From: an uncultured Spirochaetota bacterium
GTDB taxonomy: Bacteria > Spirochaetota > Spirochaetia > SZUA-6 > CAVTHK01
Reading direction: 5' to 3'
Assembly (NCBI GenBank): GCA_963734495.1
Contig: CAVTHK010000011.1
Span: forward strand, 672,001-736,000
Length of the DNA stretch: 64,000 nucleotides
A program made the translations under genes and the position numbers. The first letter of the stretch is position 1; each line of letters opens with the position of its first letter. Below the pieces are notes generated by a model that was not told the origin of the DNA, made no database searches, and worked only from the letters and a program-made list of their open reading frames with translations. Shown piece by piece: positions 23,001 through 33,246 of the stretch.

Positions 23001-24107
23001 TTGGCGATCAGCGGGCATACGGACGATCTGCGTCGCAGGAGGCCGCGCCGCGCGGCGGCGGCAGCCTTCACTTTGACGTTCTTGTTCCTCCTTTCCGGCT
23101 GCTACGTCCTCAAGCAGGGCACGCGCCTCTTGTCATACGAGCTGCGCGCCGAGGACATCGAGCGCGTGCTCGCGGACCCGGCGACGACGCCGGAGGTGCG
23201 CCGGCTCCTCGAGCTGGTCCGGGACGTCCGTCGCTTCGGCGTCGCAGAGATCGGTCTCTCCGAGGACCGCAACTACACCACCTACGTCAGCATCGACAAG
23301 GACCACCTGGTGGACGTCGTCTCCGCGACCGCCGACGACTCGTTCCGCAGGCACACGTGGTGGTTCCCGATCGTCGGCCGCGTTCCGTACAAGGGGTTCT
23401 ACGATCCGAAGGACGCGGAGCGCCTGGCGGCGAAGCTCAAGAAGCAGTCCCTCGATGTGATCATCCGCCCGGTCGACGCGTTCAGCACGCTGGGCTTTTT
23501 CCGCGATCCCGTCTACTCGTTCATGAAGAGCTACCCCGTGTTCGAGGTGGCTTCTCTCGTGCTGCACGAGGAGACGCACGCCGCCCTGTATCTCAAGAAC
23601 CAGGCGCAGTTCAACGAGGAGCTCGCGAGCTTCGTGGGCAACGAGGGCGCGCTGCTGTACATGCGCAAGCGTTACGGCGAAGACTCGGAGCTCTACACAA
23701 AGACGCTCCTCGAGCAGCACGACGACCAGGCGTTTACCGAATATCTCAAGGGCATCCACGCCAGGCTCGAGGCGGTGTACGCGAGCGACCTCGATCGCGC
23801 GGCGAAGCTCGCGGCCAAGCAGCGCATCCTCGACGACGAGCGCGATCGCTTTGCGCAGGACTACTCCACGCGCTTCCGCACCGAGCGCTATCGGGGGTTC
23901 TCCAAGGCGCGGATCAACAACGCCTACCTCGACCTCTACGCGACCTACACGCAGGACCTCGGGGTCTTCGAGCGGCTCTACGAGAAGGACGGACGCGACC
24001 TTCGGCGCATGATGGAGCAGATGAGGCAGCTCAAGGACTTCAAGGGCGACGCGAAGGAGCACATCCGCACCGCGCTGCTCGGCGAGCCGGCGGGCGAAGG
24101 CCGGTAG
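23001..24107 (+). CDS. Predicted zinc aminopeptidase lipoprotein (DUF2265-like)
   Basis: Lipobox LLSGC, WWFPIVGRVPYKGFY, AFSTLGFFRDP, HEETH...FNEELA. Start codon uncertain. Confidence 0.8.
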   Translation: MAISGHTDDLRRRRPRRAAAAAFTLTFLFLLSGCYVLKQGTRLLSYELRAEDIERVLADPATTPEVRRLLELVRDVRRFGVAEIGLSEDRNYTTYVSIDKDHLVDVVSATADDSFRRHTWWFPIVGRVPYKGFYDPKDAERLAAKLKKQSLDVIIRPVDAFSTLGFFRDPVYSFMKSYPVFEVASLVLHEETHAALYLKNQAQFNEELASFVGNEGALLYMRKRYGEDSELYTKTLLEQHDDQAFTEYLKGIHARLEAVYASDLDRAAKLAAKQRILDDERDRFAQDYSTRFRTERYRGFSKARINNAYLDLYATYTQDLGVFERLYEKDGRDLRRMMEQMRQLKDFKGDAKEHIRTALLGEPAGEGR

Positions 24108-24134
24108 GGCTGCGCCCGGCCGCCCTCATCGCTC

Positions 24135-24962
24135 TCATCGCTCGCGCAGCGAGGCGCGCACGAATGCGAGCAGGCGCCTCTTCTCCTCGGGCGGACCATC
24201 TTCTGCGATTCGCGCGGCCGCGATGGGCACCATGAGCTCGCCCAGGGCTGAGAGGCCTTCGCCCGACGCTGTCGCGTAGGCCCGCAGATAGATCCGCAGG
24301 TAGAGGCGCTTGACCGCTTCCAGCGCGAGCCTCGCCGCGTGAGGCAGGTGGGGCGGGGCAGCGCTGAACCTCATGATCACAGCGGTCCTGGCGACGTCCA
24401 CGAGCGGCCTGCCGCGCGTGGCGGTCATCCAGTCGATGATCACCGGGCCGCGCGGAGACAGAAGGATGTTGTCGGGATGGAAGTCGCCGTGGCAGAGAAG
24501 GTCGGCCGCGGGCCAGGAGCGGACGCGCTCGATCATCGCCCGCAGCAGCGGCTCCTGCAGCTCCGCGCGGGCGAGCGCCGCCGCCAGCGCCTCCCGCTGC
24601 TCCGGCAGCGGCGAGCCGGGGAGCCGCAGGCGGTGGACCCGAGCGTGCAGCGACGCCGCGAGACGCGCCTGCCGTCCGAGCAGCAGCGGGTTGGCCGCGA
24701 TGGTGTCCAGCTGCGAGGGCCCCTCGATGCGCTCGTAGACGAGCCCCGGCCGGCCGTCCCGCTCCATCGGTCCGAGGAAGCGGGGACACGGGACCTCCCC
24801 GTGCTTCGAGAGCGCCTCGGCTATGAGCCGCTCCCTCTCGACCGCGCGGAGAGGGAAGCCGGGCCTGAAGAGCTTGAGTACCCTCCCATCGCCGAGGTCG
24901 AAGACCTCGGCCGTGCGTCCCTGCCCGCTTCCGGTCCCGCCAGGCTTCCCCGTGTCCGACAT
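24135..24962 (-). CDS. Aminoglycoside phosphotransferase/kinase-like protein
   Basis: GQGRTAEVF, CHGDFHPDNI, IIDW. Confidence 0.85.
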   Translation of the reverse strand: MSDTGKPGGTGSGQGRTAEVFDLGDGRVLKLFRPGFPLRAVERERLIAEALSKHGEVPCPRFLGPMERDGRPGLVYERIEGPSQLDTIAANPLLLGRQARLAASLHARVHRLRLPGSPLPEQREALAAALARAELQEPLLRAMIERVRSWPAADLLCHGDFHPDNILLSPRGPVIIDWMTATRGRPLVDVARTAVIMRFSAAPPHLPHAARLALEAVKRLYLRIYLRAYATASGEGLSALGELMVPIAAARIAEDGPPEEKRRLLAFVRASLRER

Positions 24963-25058
24963 GCGTCCCTCAGCGACCGGCGCCCTGAAGTGTCCTCGCG
25001 CCCTCGGGTCCTCGCGCCCTCGGAGGCGACCCTCTCGCAGGCCGAGCGCGAGGCCCCT

Positions 25059-25946
25059 TTAGCGGCTCCCTCGCCTCGCAGCCTCGAGGTGCGCCGCGAT
25101 CTTTTCGGCGAAGCGCCGCTCGCTCGAGTCCTGGGGGGCGAAGCCGATGACGCGACGCGCGTTGGCGATGCTCCAGAAGGCGTGAGGGTTGGCGCTGATG
25201 CCGTAGAAGATCTGGAACGGCACGCCGTGCTCGTCGCGGATGTCCTCCGCGTCGATGCTCTTGACGAAGAGCTGCAGCATGTCGCGCGCGCTCATGTACA
25301 CGGCCAGCGCGCGCCGCATGCGCACCAGGTCGCCGGGGGGCACGCGGTCGATATCGGTCTCCCTCGGCCCGCCGATGCGGATCTGCACGTTCTCGAGCGG
25401 CCGGCCCAGGACGCCGCCGACGGCGAACACGAACCCGAGGTGCTCGTACGCCTCCTTGGCCCAGCCGTAGTAGTTGTCGGAGAGCGCCCGCATGTCGGGG
25501 CCGACGAAATCCCATTCGCCATGCAGCACCAGCCGCTCGAAGTAGTCGGCCGCGTGGTTGGAGCTGAGCACGACGACCCGCCGGACGTTGGCCTCGAAGC
25601 TCGCCATGTAGACGTTGTAGGCCATCTCGACATTCGCGAGCTCCGCCCGGAACCTCGCATCGGGCTCCCCCGTGTCGATCCGGATGGGGCCGGTGCCCGA
25701 CTCGGGCGCCCGGACGAATGCTCCGTGGACGACCGCATGTGCGTCCCGGAACAATTCGCGATAGCGGCCGCGGTCGCGCTGCGTCAGGTCGACCACCTGC
25801 ACGCCCGCGATCTCCCGGCCCTCGCGGTCGCGGGTGCGCGCGTCGATCAGGACGCAATCGTAGCGCTCGCGCAGGCCGTCGAGGATCAGCCCGATCATCT
25901 CGCCGCACGCGCCAGTGACGACAACTTTGCGTTTGGCTGCTGCCAT
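25059..25946 (-). CDS. NAD-dependent epimerase/dehydratase (uronate dehydrogenase-like)
   Basis: VVVTGACG, SSNHA, YGWAK, IRIG. Confidence 0.8.
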   Translation of the reverse strand: MAAAKRKVVVTGACGEMIGLILDGLRERYDCVLIDARTRDREGREIAGVQVVDLTQRDRGRYRELFRDAHAVVHGAFVRAPESGTGPIRIDTGEPDARFRAELANVEMAYNVYMASFEANVRRVVVLSSNHAADYFERLVLHGEWDFVGPDMRALSDNYYGWAKEAYEHLGFVFAVGGVLGRPLENVQIRIGGPRETDIDRVPPGDLVRMRRALAVYMSARDMLQLFVKSIDAEDIRDEHGVPFQIFYGISANPHAFWSIANARRVIGFAPQDSSERRFAEKIAAHLEAARRGSR

Positions 25947-25959
25947 GCCGGCGCCTCCT

Positions 25960-26343
25960 TTACCTGCGCGCCGCGATCGCTTCGATCTCGACGTTGATCC
26001 CCATGGGCAGCCGCGCCGCCTGGATGGTCGTGCGCGCGGGATACGGCTCGGCGAAGTACGTCTTGTAGATGTCGTTCATCCGCGCAAAGTCGTCCATGTT
26101 GGCGAGGTAGACCGTGGTCTTGAGCACGCGGTCGAGGCCGCTGCCCGCAGCCTCGAGGAGGAGGCGCAGGTTCTCCATGACGATCTTCATCTCGCTCGCC
26201 ACGTCGCCCTTCTCGATCTTTCCCGTGTCCGGGTTGCCGGGGCCCTGGCCCGAGACGAAGACGAGATCGCCGTACACGATCGCCGGCGAATACGGTCCGA
26301 CCGGCTTGGGGCCGCGCGCGGGCCTGACTGCCTGCTTCTCCAT
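25960..26343 (-). CDS. ridA: RidA/YjgF family enamine deaminase
   Basis: GPYSPAI, FVSGQ, YPARTT, VEIEAIA; RBS AGGAGG. Confidence 0.88.
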   Translation of the reverse strand: MEKQAVRPARGPKPVGPYSPAIVYGDLVFVSGQGPGNPDTGKIEKGDVASEMKIVMENLRLLLEAAGSGLDRVLKTTVYLANMDDFARMNDIYKTYFAEPYPARTTIQAARLPMGINVEIEAIAARR

Positions 26344-26356
26344 GGAATCCTCCTAT

Positions 26357-26443
26357 GACTTGGCGTCCTCGCCAAGTCCCAAGTCCCGTTTTGAGGGGCC
26401 CTCCTTGGCGTCCTCGCCAAGTCCCAAGTCCCGTTTTGAGGGG
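26357..26443. repeat. Tandem direct repeat, two identical 40-bp copies at 45-bp period, each with a hairpin
   Basis: CTTGGCGTCCTCGCCAAGTCCCAAGTCCCGTTTTGAGGGG at 26359 and 26404. Stem (GA)CTTGGCG-tcct-CGCCAAG(TC). Confidence 0.9.
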
Positions 26444-26560
26444 TCCCGAGGCTTCGAGGGGCCCTGCGTGGCCACCATACCACACGGGAAGCCGCGGCGG
26501 CAAAGGCAGGCTCGCGGCGCGCGTCCCCGGCGGCTATAATGCGGCGCCTGAGGGGACAAG

Positions 26561-27358
26561 ATGAAAGTTGAAGGGAAGGTCGCCTGGGTCACCGGCGCCT
26601 CGTCCGGGATCGGCGAGGCGCTCGCGTGCGCCCTCGCGGCGCGGGGGGCGCGCGTCGTGCTTTCCGCCCGGCGTGTCGACCGCCTCGAGCGAGTGCGCGC
26701 CCGCTGCGGCGAGGGGCGGTCGGCCGTGCTCCCGATGGACGCCGCGGACATCTCCTCGTTCTGCCGGCAGAAGGTCCGCGAGGCGGCGGCGCTCTTCGGC
26801 CGCATCGACCTGCTCGTCAACAACGCCGGCGTGAGCCAGCGCTCGCTCCTCGAGGAGACGGACCCCCGCGTGATCCGCCGGCTCCTCGAGATTGATCTCC
26901 TTTCGCCCATTCTTCTCACACGGGCTGTCGTGCCGCTGCTCATCGAGCAGAAGTCGGGTCACGTCGTCTTCGTCAGCAGTCTCGCGGGAAGGATCGGCGC
27001 GCCTCTGCGCACGATCTACGGTGCGGCGAAGCACGGGCTGTGCGGTTTCGCGGACTCGCTGCGCGCGGAGCTCTGGCGCCACGGCGTCGGGGTGACGCTC
27101 GCGGTCCCGGGCTTCGTGCGGACGGAGGTGTCGCTCGCGTCACTCGACGGGCGCGGCCGCGCGCGTGGTGTCATGGACCCGGGGCAGGGAAAAGGCATCA
27201 GCCCGGAGGCGTGCGCGGCCGCCATCCTCGCCGCGATCGAGAAGGGCAGGCGCGAGGTGCTGGTCGGCATGGGCGTGCGCGGGACGCTTGCGCTTGCGCT
27301 CAGCGCCGTCGCGCCGGGGCTGCTGGCCCGCTCGCTGCGGAACGCGCGCGCCACGTAG
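26561..27358 (+). CDS. Short-chain dehydrogenase/reductase
   Basis: TGASSGIG, NNAG, YGAAK. Confidence 0.92.
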   Translation: MKVEGKVAWVTGASSGIGEALACALAARGARVVLSARRVDRLERVRARCGEGRSAVLPMDAADISSFCRQKVREAAALFGRIDLLVNNAGVSQRSLLEETDPRVIRRLLEIDLLSPILLTRAVVPLLIEQKSGHVVFVSSLAGRIGAPLRTIYGAAKHGLCGFADSLRAELWRHGVGVTLAVPGFVRTEVSLASLDGRGRARGVMDPGQGKGISPEACAAAILAAIEKGRREVLVGMGVRGTLALALSAVAPGLLARSLRNARAT

Positions 27359-27481
27359 GCGCACCGCGGCGGCGCAGCCCGCTCCGACCGCCGCTATGCC
27401 GGAGCAATCGCCAACGTACGGCTCCCGAGGAAGGGGACAGTGCCTTTTCGGTCTGGCCCGGCGCAGTGGCATCGCCTTGAG

Positions 27482-27835
27482 CTATTGGCGGTCCCACTCT
27501 TCAAGTATCCGATTCAGTTCGTTCACCAGCGCCGGAAGGTCTGACTGAAGCGTCTCCCACACAATGGTGAGGTCAACACCGAAGTAGTCGTGGATGAGCA
27601 CGTCCCGCATACCGGCCATGTCAACCCACGGAACAGAAGGATGTTGCGCGCGAAACGCGTCAGGCATGTTCTTGGCCGCTTCGCCTACCACTTCCAATGC
27701 CCGTATCGTGGCGAAGACTGTCTTGGCATCGGAGGCGAATGCCTCGTGGGTCATTCCGGCGGAAAACGACAGCGCCTTCTGTGCCGCATCCAGCATGTCG
27801 CGAAGGTAGACGCGCAGATCACGCTCAGTTGCCAA
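27482..27835 (-). CDS. HepT-like (DUF86/HEPN) RNase toxin
   Basis: RDVLIHDY (Rx4HxY) and LEVVGEAAK. Confidence 0.9.
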   Translation of the reverse strand: MATERDLRVYLRDMLDAAQKALSFSAGMTHEAFASDAKTVFATIRALEVVGEAAKNMPDAFRAQHPSVPWVDMAGMRDVLIHDYFGVDLTIVWETLQSDLPALVNELNRILEEWDRQ

Positions 27836-28121
27836 CGTACTGCACCGTTTCCAGCACGCGCTCGCGGATACCGGGCTTCAACGCCGCGACCGTCACCAGG
27901 TCGACTCGGGCTCCCAGGCGTCGCGAAAGATGATTGCGCAGACGTACGAATCGAAACAAGCCGACAGGTCGCTCGAAATGAACCAGAACGTCCACATCAC
28001 TGCCTTCTCGTTGCTCTCCGCGGGCATACGAACCAAACAGGCCGATGCGTCCCACCGAGTACTCCCGTCGAAGGGTGCCGAGCTCGGCGGCAAGGGCGTT
28101 ACGCAGATCAGGCGCCGTCAT
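27825..28121 (-). CDS. MntA-like minimal nucleotidyltransferase antitoxin
   Basis: FGSYARGEQREGSDVD (GSx10DxD); overlaps the HEPN gene start. Confidence 0.9.
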   Translation of the reverse strand: MTAPDLRNALAAELGTLRREYSVGRIGLFGSYARGEQREGSDVDVLVHFERPVGLFRFVRLRNHLSRRLGARVDLVTVAALKPGIRERVLETVQYVGN

Positions 28122-28464
28122 AGGCATAAAGTTCTGCGAGAAACCGAGCGCTGTCAATAGCGCCTCGTCACCTCTTTTGCTGAACCCTTGCGTTTGCAGG
28201 AAACCCGTGCAGGCGGCAGATGTGATGAGGGCTACGCGAGTGTGATCGGCCGCGGTATTGCGCTTTCCATCAAAACGCCCAACGCGGGCTTCCGGCGGAA
28301 AATGATAGAGGAGTGGACCGATGAGGGCGTCTTCGCGCACGTCGGTGCGCTTTTCCGCTGGAGCTGCACGTTGGCGATCTCCGCGACCCGTTGCTTTGAG
28401 CCACCGCGTTTGACGCCTCCTCTTCACTTGGTTATTATTCAAGCAATCAATTCAGCAAGAGAAT

Positions 28465-29148
28465 TTGGTGATGCACGCCAGGGAGTTCAAGGACGCAGCC
28501 TTTGCGCAGTTCGCCCGCATCGCGGCGGCCTTTGCCAGCCCCAAGAGGATCGAGATCATCGACGTGCTGGCTCAGGGTGAACGGAACGTCGAGACTCTCG
28601 CGGCACAAACCGGGCTGACGATCGCCAACGCGTCCCGGCATCTGCAGGTGCTCAAGAGCGCGGGTCTGGTGAATGCGCGGAAAGACGGCGTGCAGGTCAT
28701 TTACCGAACCGCGAGCCGTGGAGTCCTCGATGGATACCGCGCGCTCAGGTCTCTTGCCGAGGAGCGGCTCGCTGACGTAGACCGTCTCGTGCGCGACTAC
28801 TTTGGCGACGCCGACGGCGTCGAGCCTGTCACGCGCCGGGAGTTGATCAAGCGCAGCCGTCGCAGTGAGGTGACCGTCATCGACGTGCGTCCGGACGAGG
28901 AGTTCTCGGCCGGGCACATCGCAGGTGCACTTTCACTCCCCCTCGGATCCCTGGAGAGGCTTCTTTCGAAGGTACCCCGTGACAAGGAGGTGGTGGCGTA
29001 CTGCCGCGGACCTTACTGCGTGCTGGCCGCCGAAGCTGTGCGCATGTTGCGGAAGAAAGGGTACGGCGCACGGCGGCTCGAGGAAGGCTATCCGGAGTGG
29101 CACGATGCCGGCTTGCCCGTGGCGTCGGGGTCGACGGCTGCCCGTTGA
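28465..29148 (+). CDS. ArsR family regulator fused to a rhodanese domain
   Basis: N-terminal wHTH (ANASRHLQVL); C-terminal IDVRP..EF..GHI and YCRGPYC. Confidence 0.9.
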   Translation: MVMHAREFKDAAFAQFARIAAAFASPKRIEIIDVLAQGERNVETLAAQTGLTIANASRHLQVLKSAGLVNARKDGVQVIYRTASRGVLDGYRALRSLAEERLADVDRLVRDYFGDADGVEPVTRRELIKRSRRSEVTVIDVRPDEEFSAGHIAGALSLPLGSLERLLSKVPRDKEVVAYCRGPYCVLAAEAVRMLRKKGYGARRLEEGYPEWHDAGLPVASGSTAAR

Positions 29149-29172
29149 GAAAATGCAACAGGAGAATGCCAG

Positions 29173-29526
29173 GTGAAGATGTTGTTGATTCTGAATGACC
29201 CGCCGTACGGCAGCGAGCGGTCCTATAACGCGCTGCGTCTGGCTTCATCCGTGGCGAAGGCGGACCCGTCGGCCGAGCTTGTCGTCTTCCTCATGGCAGA
29301 TGCCGCGTCAGCGGCCAAGTCCGGCCAGCAGCCGCCCAACGGCTACTACAACCTGGAGCGCATGCTCAAAGGCCTCACCGTCAAAGGTGCCCGGGTGCTG
29401 CTGTGCGGGACGTGCATGGATGCGCGCGGCCTGCAGGACGACGATCTGCTGGAAGGCTGCAAGCGGAGCTCGATGGATGAGCTCACCCAGATCACGCTCG
29501 CTGCCGACAAAGTCCTGGTGTTCTGA
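29173..29526 (+). CDS. DsrE/YchN family sulfur-relay protein
   Basis: PPYGSERSYNALRLA, FLMADA, CGTCMDARG, ADKVLVF. Confidence 0.88.
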   Translation: MKMLLILNDPPYGSERSYNALRLASSVAKADPSAELVVFLMADAASAAKSGQQPPNGYYNLERMLKGLTVKGARVLLCGTCMDARGLQDDDLLEGCKRSSMDELTQITLAADKVLVF

Positions 29527-29539
29527 GGAGGGCACATCG

Positions 29540-30685
29540 ATGGCCGTGCTGATTCTGGGAGGAGGGGTGGGCGGCCTGGTAGCCGCGCGATCGCTGCGGC
29601 GCCGCCTTTCACGACGGCACCGCATCATCGTCGTAGACCGCGAGCGCGACTTCTCCTTTGCTCCCTCTTATCTCTGGGTCATGACGGGCTCGCGTCTCCC
29701 AAAGCAGATCACACGGTCGAGGAGTCGGCTCGAGGCGGCCGGCATCGAAGTAGTCACCGGCGAGCTGCAGCGGATCGACCCAGCCAAACGAGAGGTCGTG
29801 GTGGACGGACGGCCGATCTCCGCGGACACCATGGTGGTGGCGCTCGGCGCAGAGCTCGCTGAGGGCGCCATTCCCGGGCTCTTTGAGGGTGGCGAGACCT
29901 TTGCCACGCTCGACGGGGCCGTGAGGCTGAAGTCAGCCCTTTCGAGTCTGCGGGATGGACGCGTGCTTTTCCTCACCGCTGCGCCGTCGTACAGGTGCCC
30001 TGCCGCTCCCTACGAAGCCGCGCTCCTGCTCGACGCGTACTGGCGCCATCAAGGGGTCCGCGACAAGGTGACTCTCGAGTTCTACGCCGCGGAGCCGGGC
30101 CCGATGGGAGTCGCGGGGCCGGAGGTTTCGGCCGCCGTACGGGCGATGATTCAGTCACGAGGGATCGGGTACCATCCGGAGCAGCAGGTCACTGCCGTGG
30201 AACCGGGCGCCCGGGTCGCGCGGTTCGCCGGCGGCAACACCATCCCGTACGACCTGCTGATCTTCACGCCCCCCTACCGCGCGCCTCGTGTCGTGCGGGA
30301 CAGCCAGCTTGCTGGTGACGGTGGCTGGATCGCGGTAGACCGCAATAGTCTCGAGACCCGATTCCCGCAGGTCTACGCAATAGGCGACGTCACGTCGATT
30401 CCGCTCTCGATGGGCAAGCCGCTGCCCAAGGCGGGCGTCTTCGCCCACGGTCAGGGGACAGTTGTGGCTGCGAACATCGCAGCCGCGATCAGCGGCAGGC
30501 GCGGCGATGCGCGCTTCGACGGCCACGGAGGGTGCTTTGTCGAAGCCGGGGCCGGGCGAGCAGGGTATGGCGCGGGCAACTTCTTTGCGGAGCCCAAGCC
30601 CGCCGTGCGACTTCGCGGTCCCGGTGTCGGCTGGCACCTGGCGAAGGTTGCCTATGAGAAGTACTTCCTCCGGACGTGGGCATGA
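29540..30685 (+). CDS. Sulfide:quinone oxidoreductase-like flavoprotein
   Basis: ILGGGVGG, YRCPAAPYE, AIGDV, PKAGVFA, GGCFVE; RBS GAGGAG before ATG 29540. Confidence 0.78.
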   Translation: MAVLILGGGVGGLVAARSLRRRLSRRHRIIVVDRERDFSFAPSYLWVMTGSRLPKQITRSRSRLEAAGIEVVTGELQRIDPAKREVVVDGRPISADTMVVALGAELAEGAIPGLFEGGETFATLDGAVRLKSALSSLRDGRVLFLTAAPSYRCPAAPYEAALLLDAYWRHQGVRDKVTLEFYAAEPGPMGVAGPEVSAAVRAMIQSRGIGYHPEQQVTAVEPGARVARFAGGNTIPYDLLIFTPPYRAPRVVRDSQLAGDGGWIAVDRNSLETRFPQVYAIGDVTSIPLSMGKPLPKAGVFAHGQGTVVAANIAAAISGRRGDARFDGHGGCFVEAGAGRAGYGAGNFFAEPKPAVRLRGPGVGWHLAKVAYEKYFLRTWA

Positions 30686-30725
30686 CGATCCTGTCTCCTG
30701 GACCGCAATGCGGCGGCGGCCGCCT

Positions 30726-31855
30726 TCAGATGAAGGCTTCTCGCCCCGTGTACTTTGCCACCGCTGCCGCGTCGAGCGCGATCCCCAGGCCGGGCTTGTC
30801 GGGGATCGCCAGCATGCCGTCGGCGTCCAGCTTCCACTCGTCGGCGACGATCTCGTCCACGTAGGGCGAGCCGATCAGGTACTCGACGAGGTCGGTGCCG
30901 GCGAACGCCGAGGCGAGCTGCAGGTCGGCCGCCAGCCCGACCGCGGTGTTCCAGCCGTGCGGGATGAAGCGCACGCCGTGGTCCTCGGCCATCCAGGCGA
31001 TGCGCCGCTCCTCGCTGATGCCGCCGACCTTGGTGACGTCGGGCTGCACGATGTCGAGCGCGCCGGCCTCGAGCCAGGGCAGGAAGGACTGCCGGCGCGT
31101 GAGCACCTCGCCGCCGGCGATGGGGACGCGCGACCTGCGGCGCAGCTCGACGTAATCCTCGAGGGCGTCGGGCTTGAGCGGCTCCTCGAACCAGGCGACG
31201 TCGTACTCCGCGAGCATCTCCGCGGTGCGCAGGGCCCACTTGTAGCCGTTCGCCCAGAAGGCGTCGCTGCCGCCGGCATCGACCATGAGCAGCACGTCGG
31301 CGCCGACGGCGTCGCGGGCCGCGCGCACGATCGCCTCGTCCAGCGCGGCGCTTCGCCGGCCGAACGGGCCCCAGCCGATCTTGAAGGCCCGGAAGCCCCT
31401 GGCCTTCCACGCAAGCAGCACCTCGGCCAGCGCCGCAGGCTCCTGCATCAGGAGCGAAGCGTAGGGCCTCACCCGCTCGCGGTAGCGGCCGCCCAGCAGC
31501 CGCCCGACGGGCTGGCCGGTTGCCTTGCCCAGGATGTCCCAGAGGGCGATGTCGATGCCGCTGATGGCGTGGGTGATCGAGCCGCCGCGGCCCAGCCAGA
31601 AGGTGTTCTGGTGCAGCTTCTCGCTGACCCGCTCGGGCTCCAGCGCGTTCTCGCCCTCGTAGAGCGGCCGCAGCACCGCGAGCGCGGCGCGCACCAGGTC
31701 GTCGTTGGTGAAGACGCTCCCAAGCCCGTGAGCCCTTCGTCGGTGAGCACGGCGACCAGCGTGTGGACGCAGTCGTCGGGCTTGAGCTCCTCGGTCCAGC
31801 CGCCTTCGGGCGTGGCGCCGCGGAGACCGACCGCGCGGATTTCGCGGATCTTCAT
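30726..31855 (-). CDS. Mandelate racemase/muconate lactonizing (enolase superfamily) enzyme (frameshift near 31720)
   Basis: AISGIDIALWDILGK, FKIG, MVDAG, WFEEP, AGGE, PHGW. The N-terminus MKIREIRAV is in the adjacent frame. Confidence 0.85.
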
Positions 31856-31869
31856 GACGCGCCCTCCTC

Positions 31870-32685
31870 CTACCAGCGGATGTGCGACTGCACCGGCCCC
31901 GAGTGCTGGTCCGATCGCTCCGCGATCGGCCAGTCGCGCCACTCGTCGACCAGCTCGACCAGGCGCGAGACGGCGGCCTCGAAGACGATGCGCCCCTTTT
32001 CGGCCGTGGCTTTCGTCGGGTCGCCGTGGACGCCGATCTTCGTCCAGCGGCCCCAGTAGTCCGAGTGGCGCGCCGGGAACTCGGACGTGCTGTCCGAGCT
32101 CACGAAGCGGCCGTCCACGTCGTTGCCCGCCACGGCCCTGTCCATGCGCACCCGCTCGGGCGCCAGGTGCAGGTAGAGCGAAGTCTCGAACTCGTCGGCG
32201 TGGGCGATGGTCCTGGTTTCGCGCACCTTCTCGAACGCGTCGAGGCAGAGCGCGAAGTAGTTCAGCGACGCGCAGAGGGACTTCGTGGCCAGGACCGTCT
32301 TGCGCGCGACCAGGTCGACCAGCGGCGTGTTCGATCCGTGTCCGTTGACGACGAGGATCTTCTGGAAGCCGTGGTACGCGACGCTCTTGGTGATGTTCAG
32401 GCAGAAGGCGATGAAGATCTCGGGCTCGATGTGGATCGTCCCGGGAAAGTCGATGTGGTGCATGTTCAGGCCGTAGCAGATCGGCGGGAGCACGAGGGCC
32501 CTGCCGGCCGCGCGGCGCGCAGCTTCGAGGCAGACCGACTCGACGAGGAACGAGTCCACGTCGAGCGGCAGATGGGGCCCGTGCTGCTCGGTCGAGCCGG
32601 TCGGGAGGATCACGACCCGGTTCTCGCGGATCGCCTCGTTCATCTCCTGCCACGTGAGCCGGTTGTAGCGGTGCTCTGCATTCAT
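31870..32685 (-). CDS. Creatininase family amidohydrolase
   Basis: PTGSTEQHGPHLPLDVD, NGHGSN, HADEFETS. Confidence 0.9.
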   Translation of the reverse strand: MNAEHRYNRLTWQEMNEAIRENRVVILPTGSTEQHGPHLPLDVDSFLVESVCLEAARRAAGRALVLPPICYGLNMHHIDFPGTIHIEPEIFIAFCLNITKSVAYHGFQKILVVNGHGSNTPLVDLVARKTVLATKSLCASLNYFALCLDAFEKVRETRTIAHADEFETSLYLHLAPERVRMDRAVAGNDVDGRFVSSDSTSEFPARHSDYWGRWTKIGVHGDPTKATAEKGRIVFEAAVSRLVELVDEWRDWPIAERSDQHSGPVQSHIRW

Positions 32686-32795
32686 GACAGCAGTGAATCG
32701 CATCGCGGGCCAGCGGTCAACCGTGCGCGCCGCCATCAGCCGCATCCGCCGCCGTCCGCCTTGACGGCCGCGGCCGCGGGCGGCAAGCTCGCCGC

Positions 32796-33227
32796 ATGAC
32801 CATCGACGCGCTTCGGCTCGAGGACTACGAGGACGCGTACGCGCTGTGGAAAGGCTCCCAGGGCATCGGCCTGAGCAGCGCCGACTCGCGCGAGGCGATC
32901 GCGCGCTACCTGGCGCGCAACCCCGGCATGAGCTCGGCGGCCCGCGACGGCGGCCGGCTCGTGGGCGCGGTGCTCGCGGGCCACGACGGGCGGCGCGGGT
33001 TTCTGCACCACCTCGCCGTGGCCGCCGACCGGCGCGGCGCGGGCACCGGCCGCGCGCTCGTCGAGCGCTCGCTCCGGCTGCTCAAGGCCGAAGGCATAGC
33101 CAAGTGCCACATCTTCCTGATGAAGGACAACGACGACGGCCGCGGTTTCTGGCAGGCCGTCGGATGGAAGCCTCGCGCTGACATCGGGGTCTGCTCCCGC
33201 GACCTGGAAGACGCGGCCGGGGCGTGA
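32796..33227 (+). CDS. GNAT N-acetyltransferase
   Basis: GHDGRRGFLHHLAV...RGAGTG...FWQAVGW. Confidence 0.9.
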   Translation: MTIDALRLEDYEDAYALWKGSQGIGLSSADSREAIARYLARNPGMSSAARDGGRLVGAVLAGHDGRRGFLHHLAVAADRRGAGTGRALVERSLRLLKAEGIAKCHIFLMKDNDDGRGFWQAVGWKPRADIGVCSRDLEDAAGA

Positions 33228-33246
33228 GGAGGCCGCTCGTCCGCGG

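Noticed and set aside
26357-26443. Mini CRISPR array
   Set aside because: Only two copies separated by 5 bp, with no spacer-length unique sequence and no cas genes.
31870-32685. Mycofactocin or other RiPP peptidase (MftE)
   Set aside because: No precursor peptide or radical SAM gene is nearby; the context is generic catabolism.
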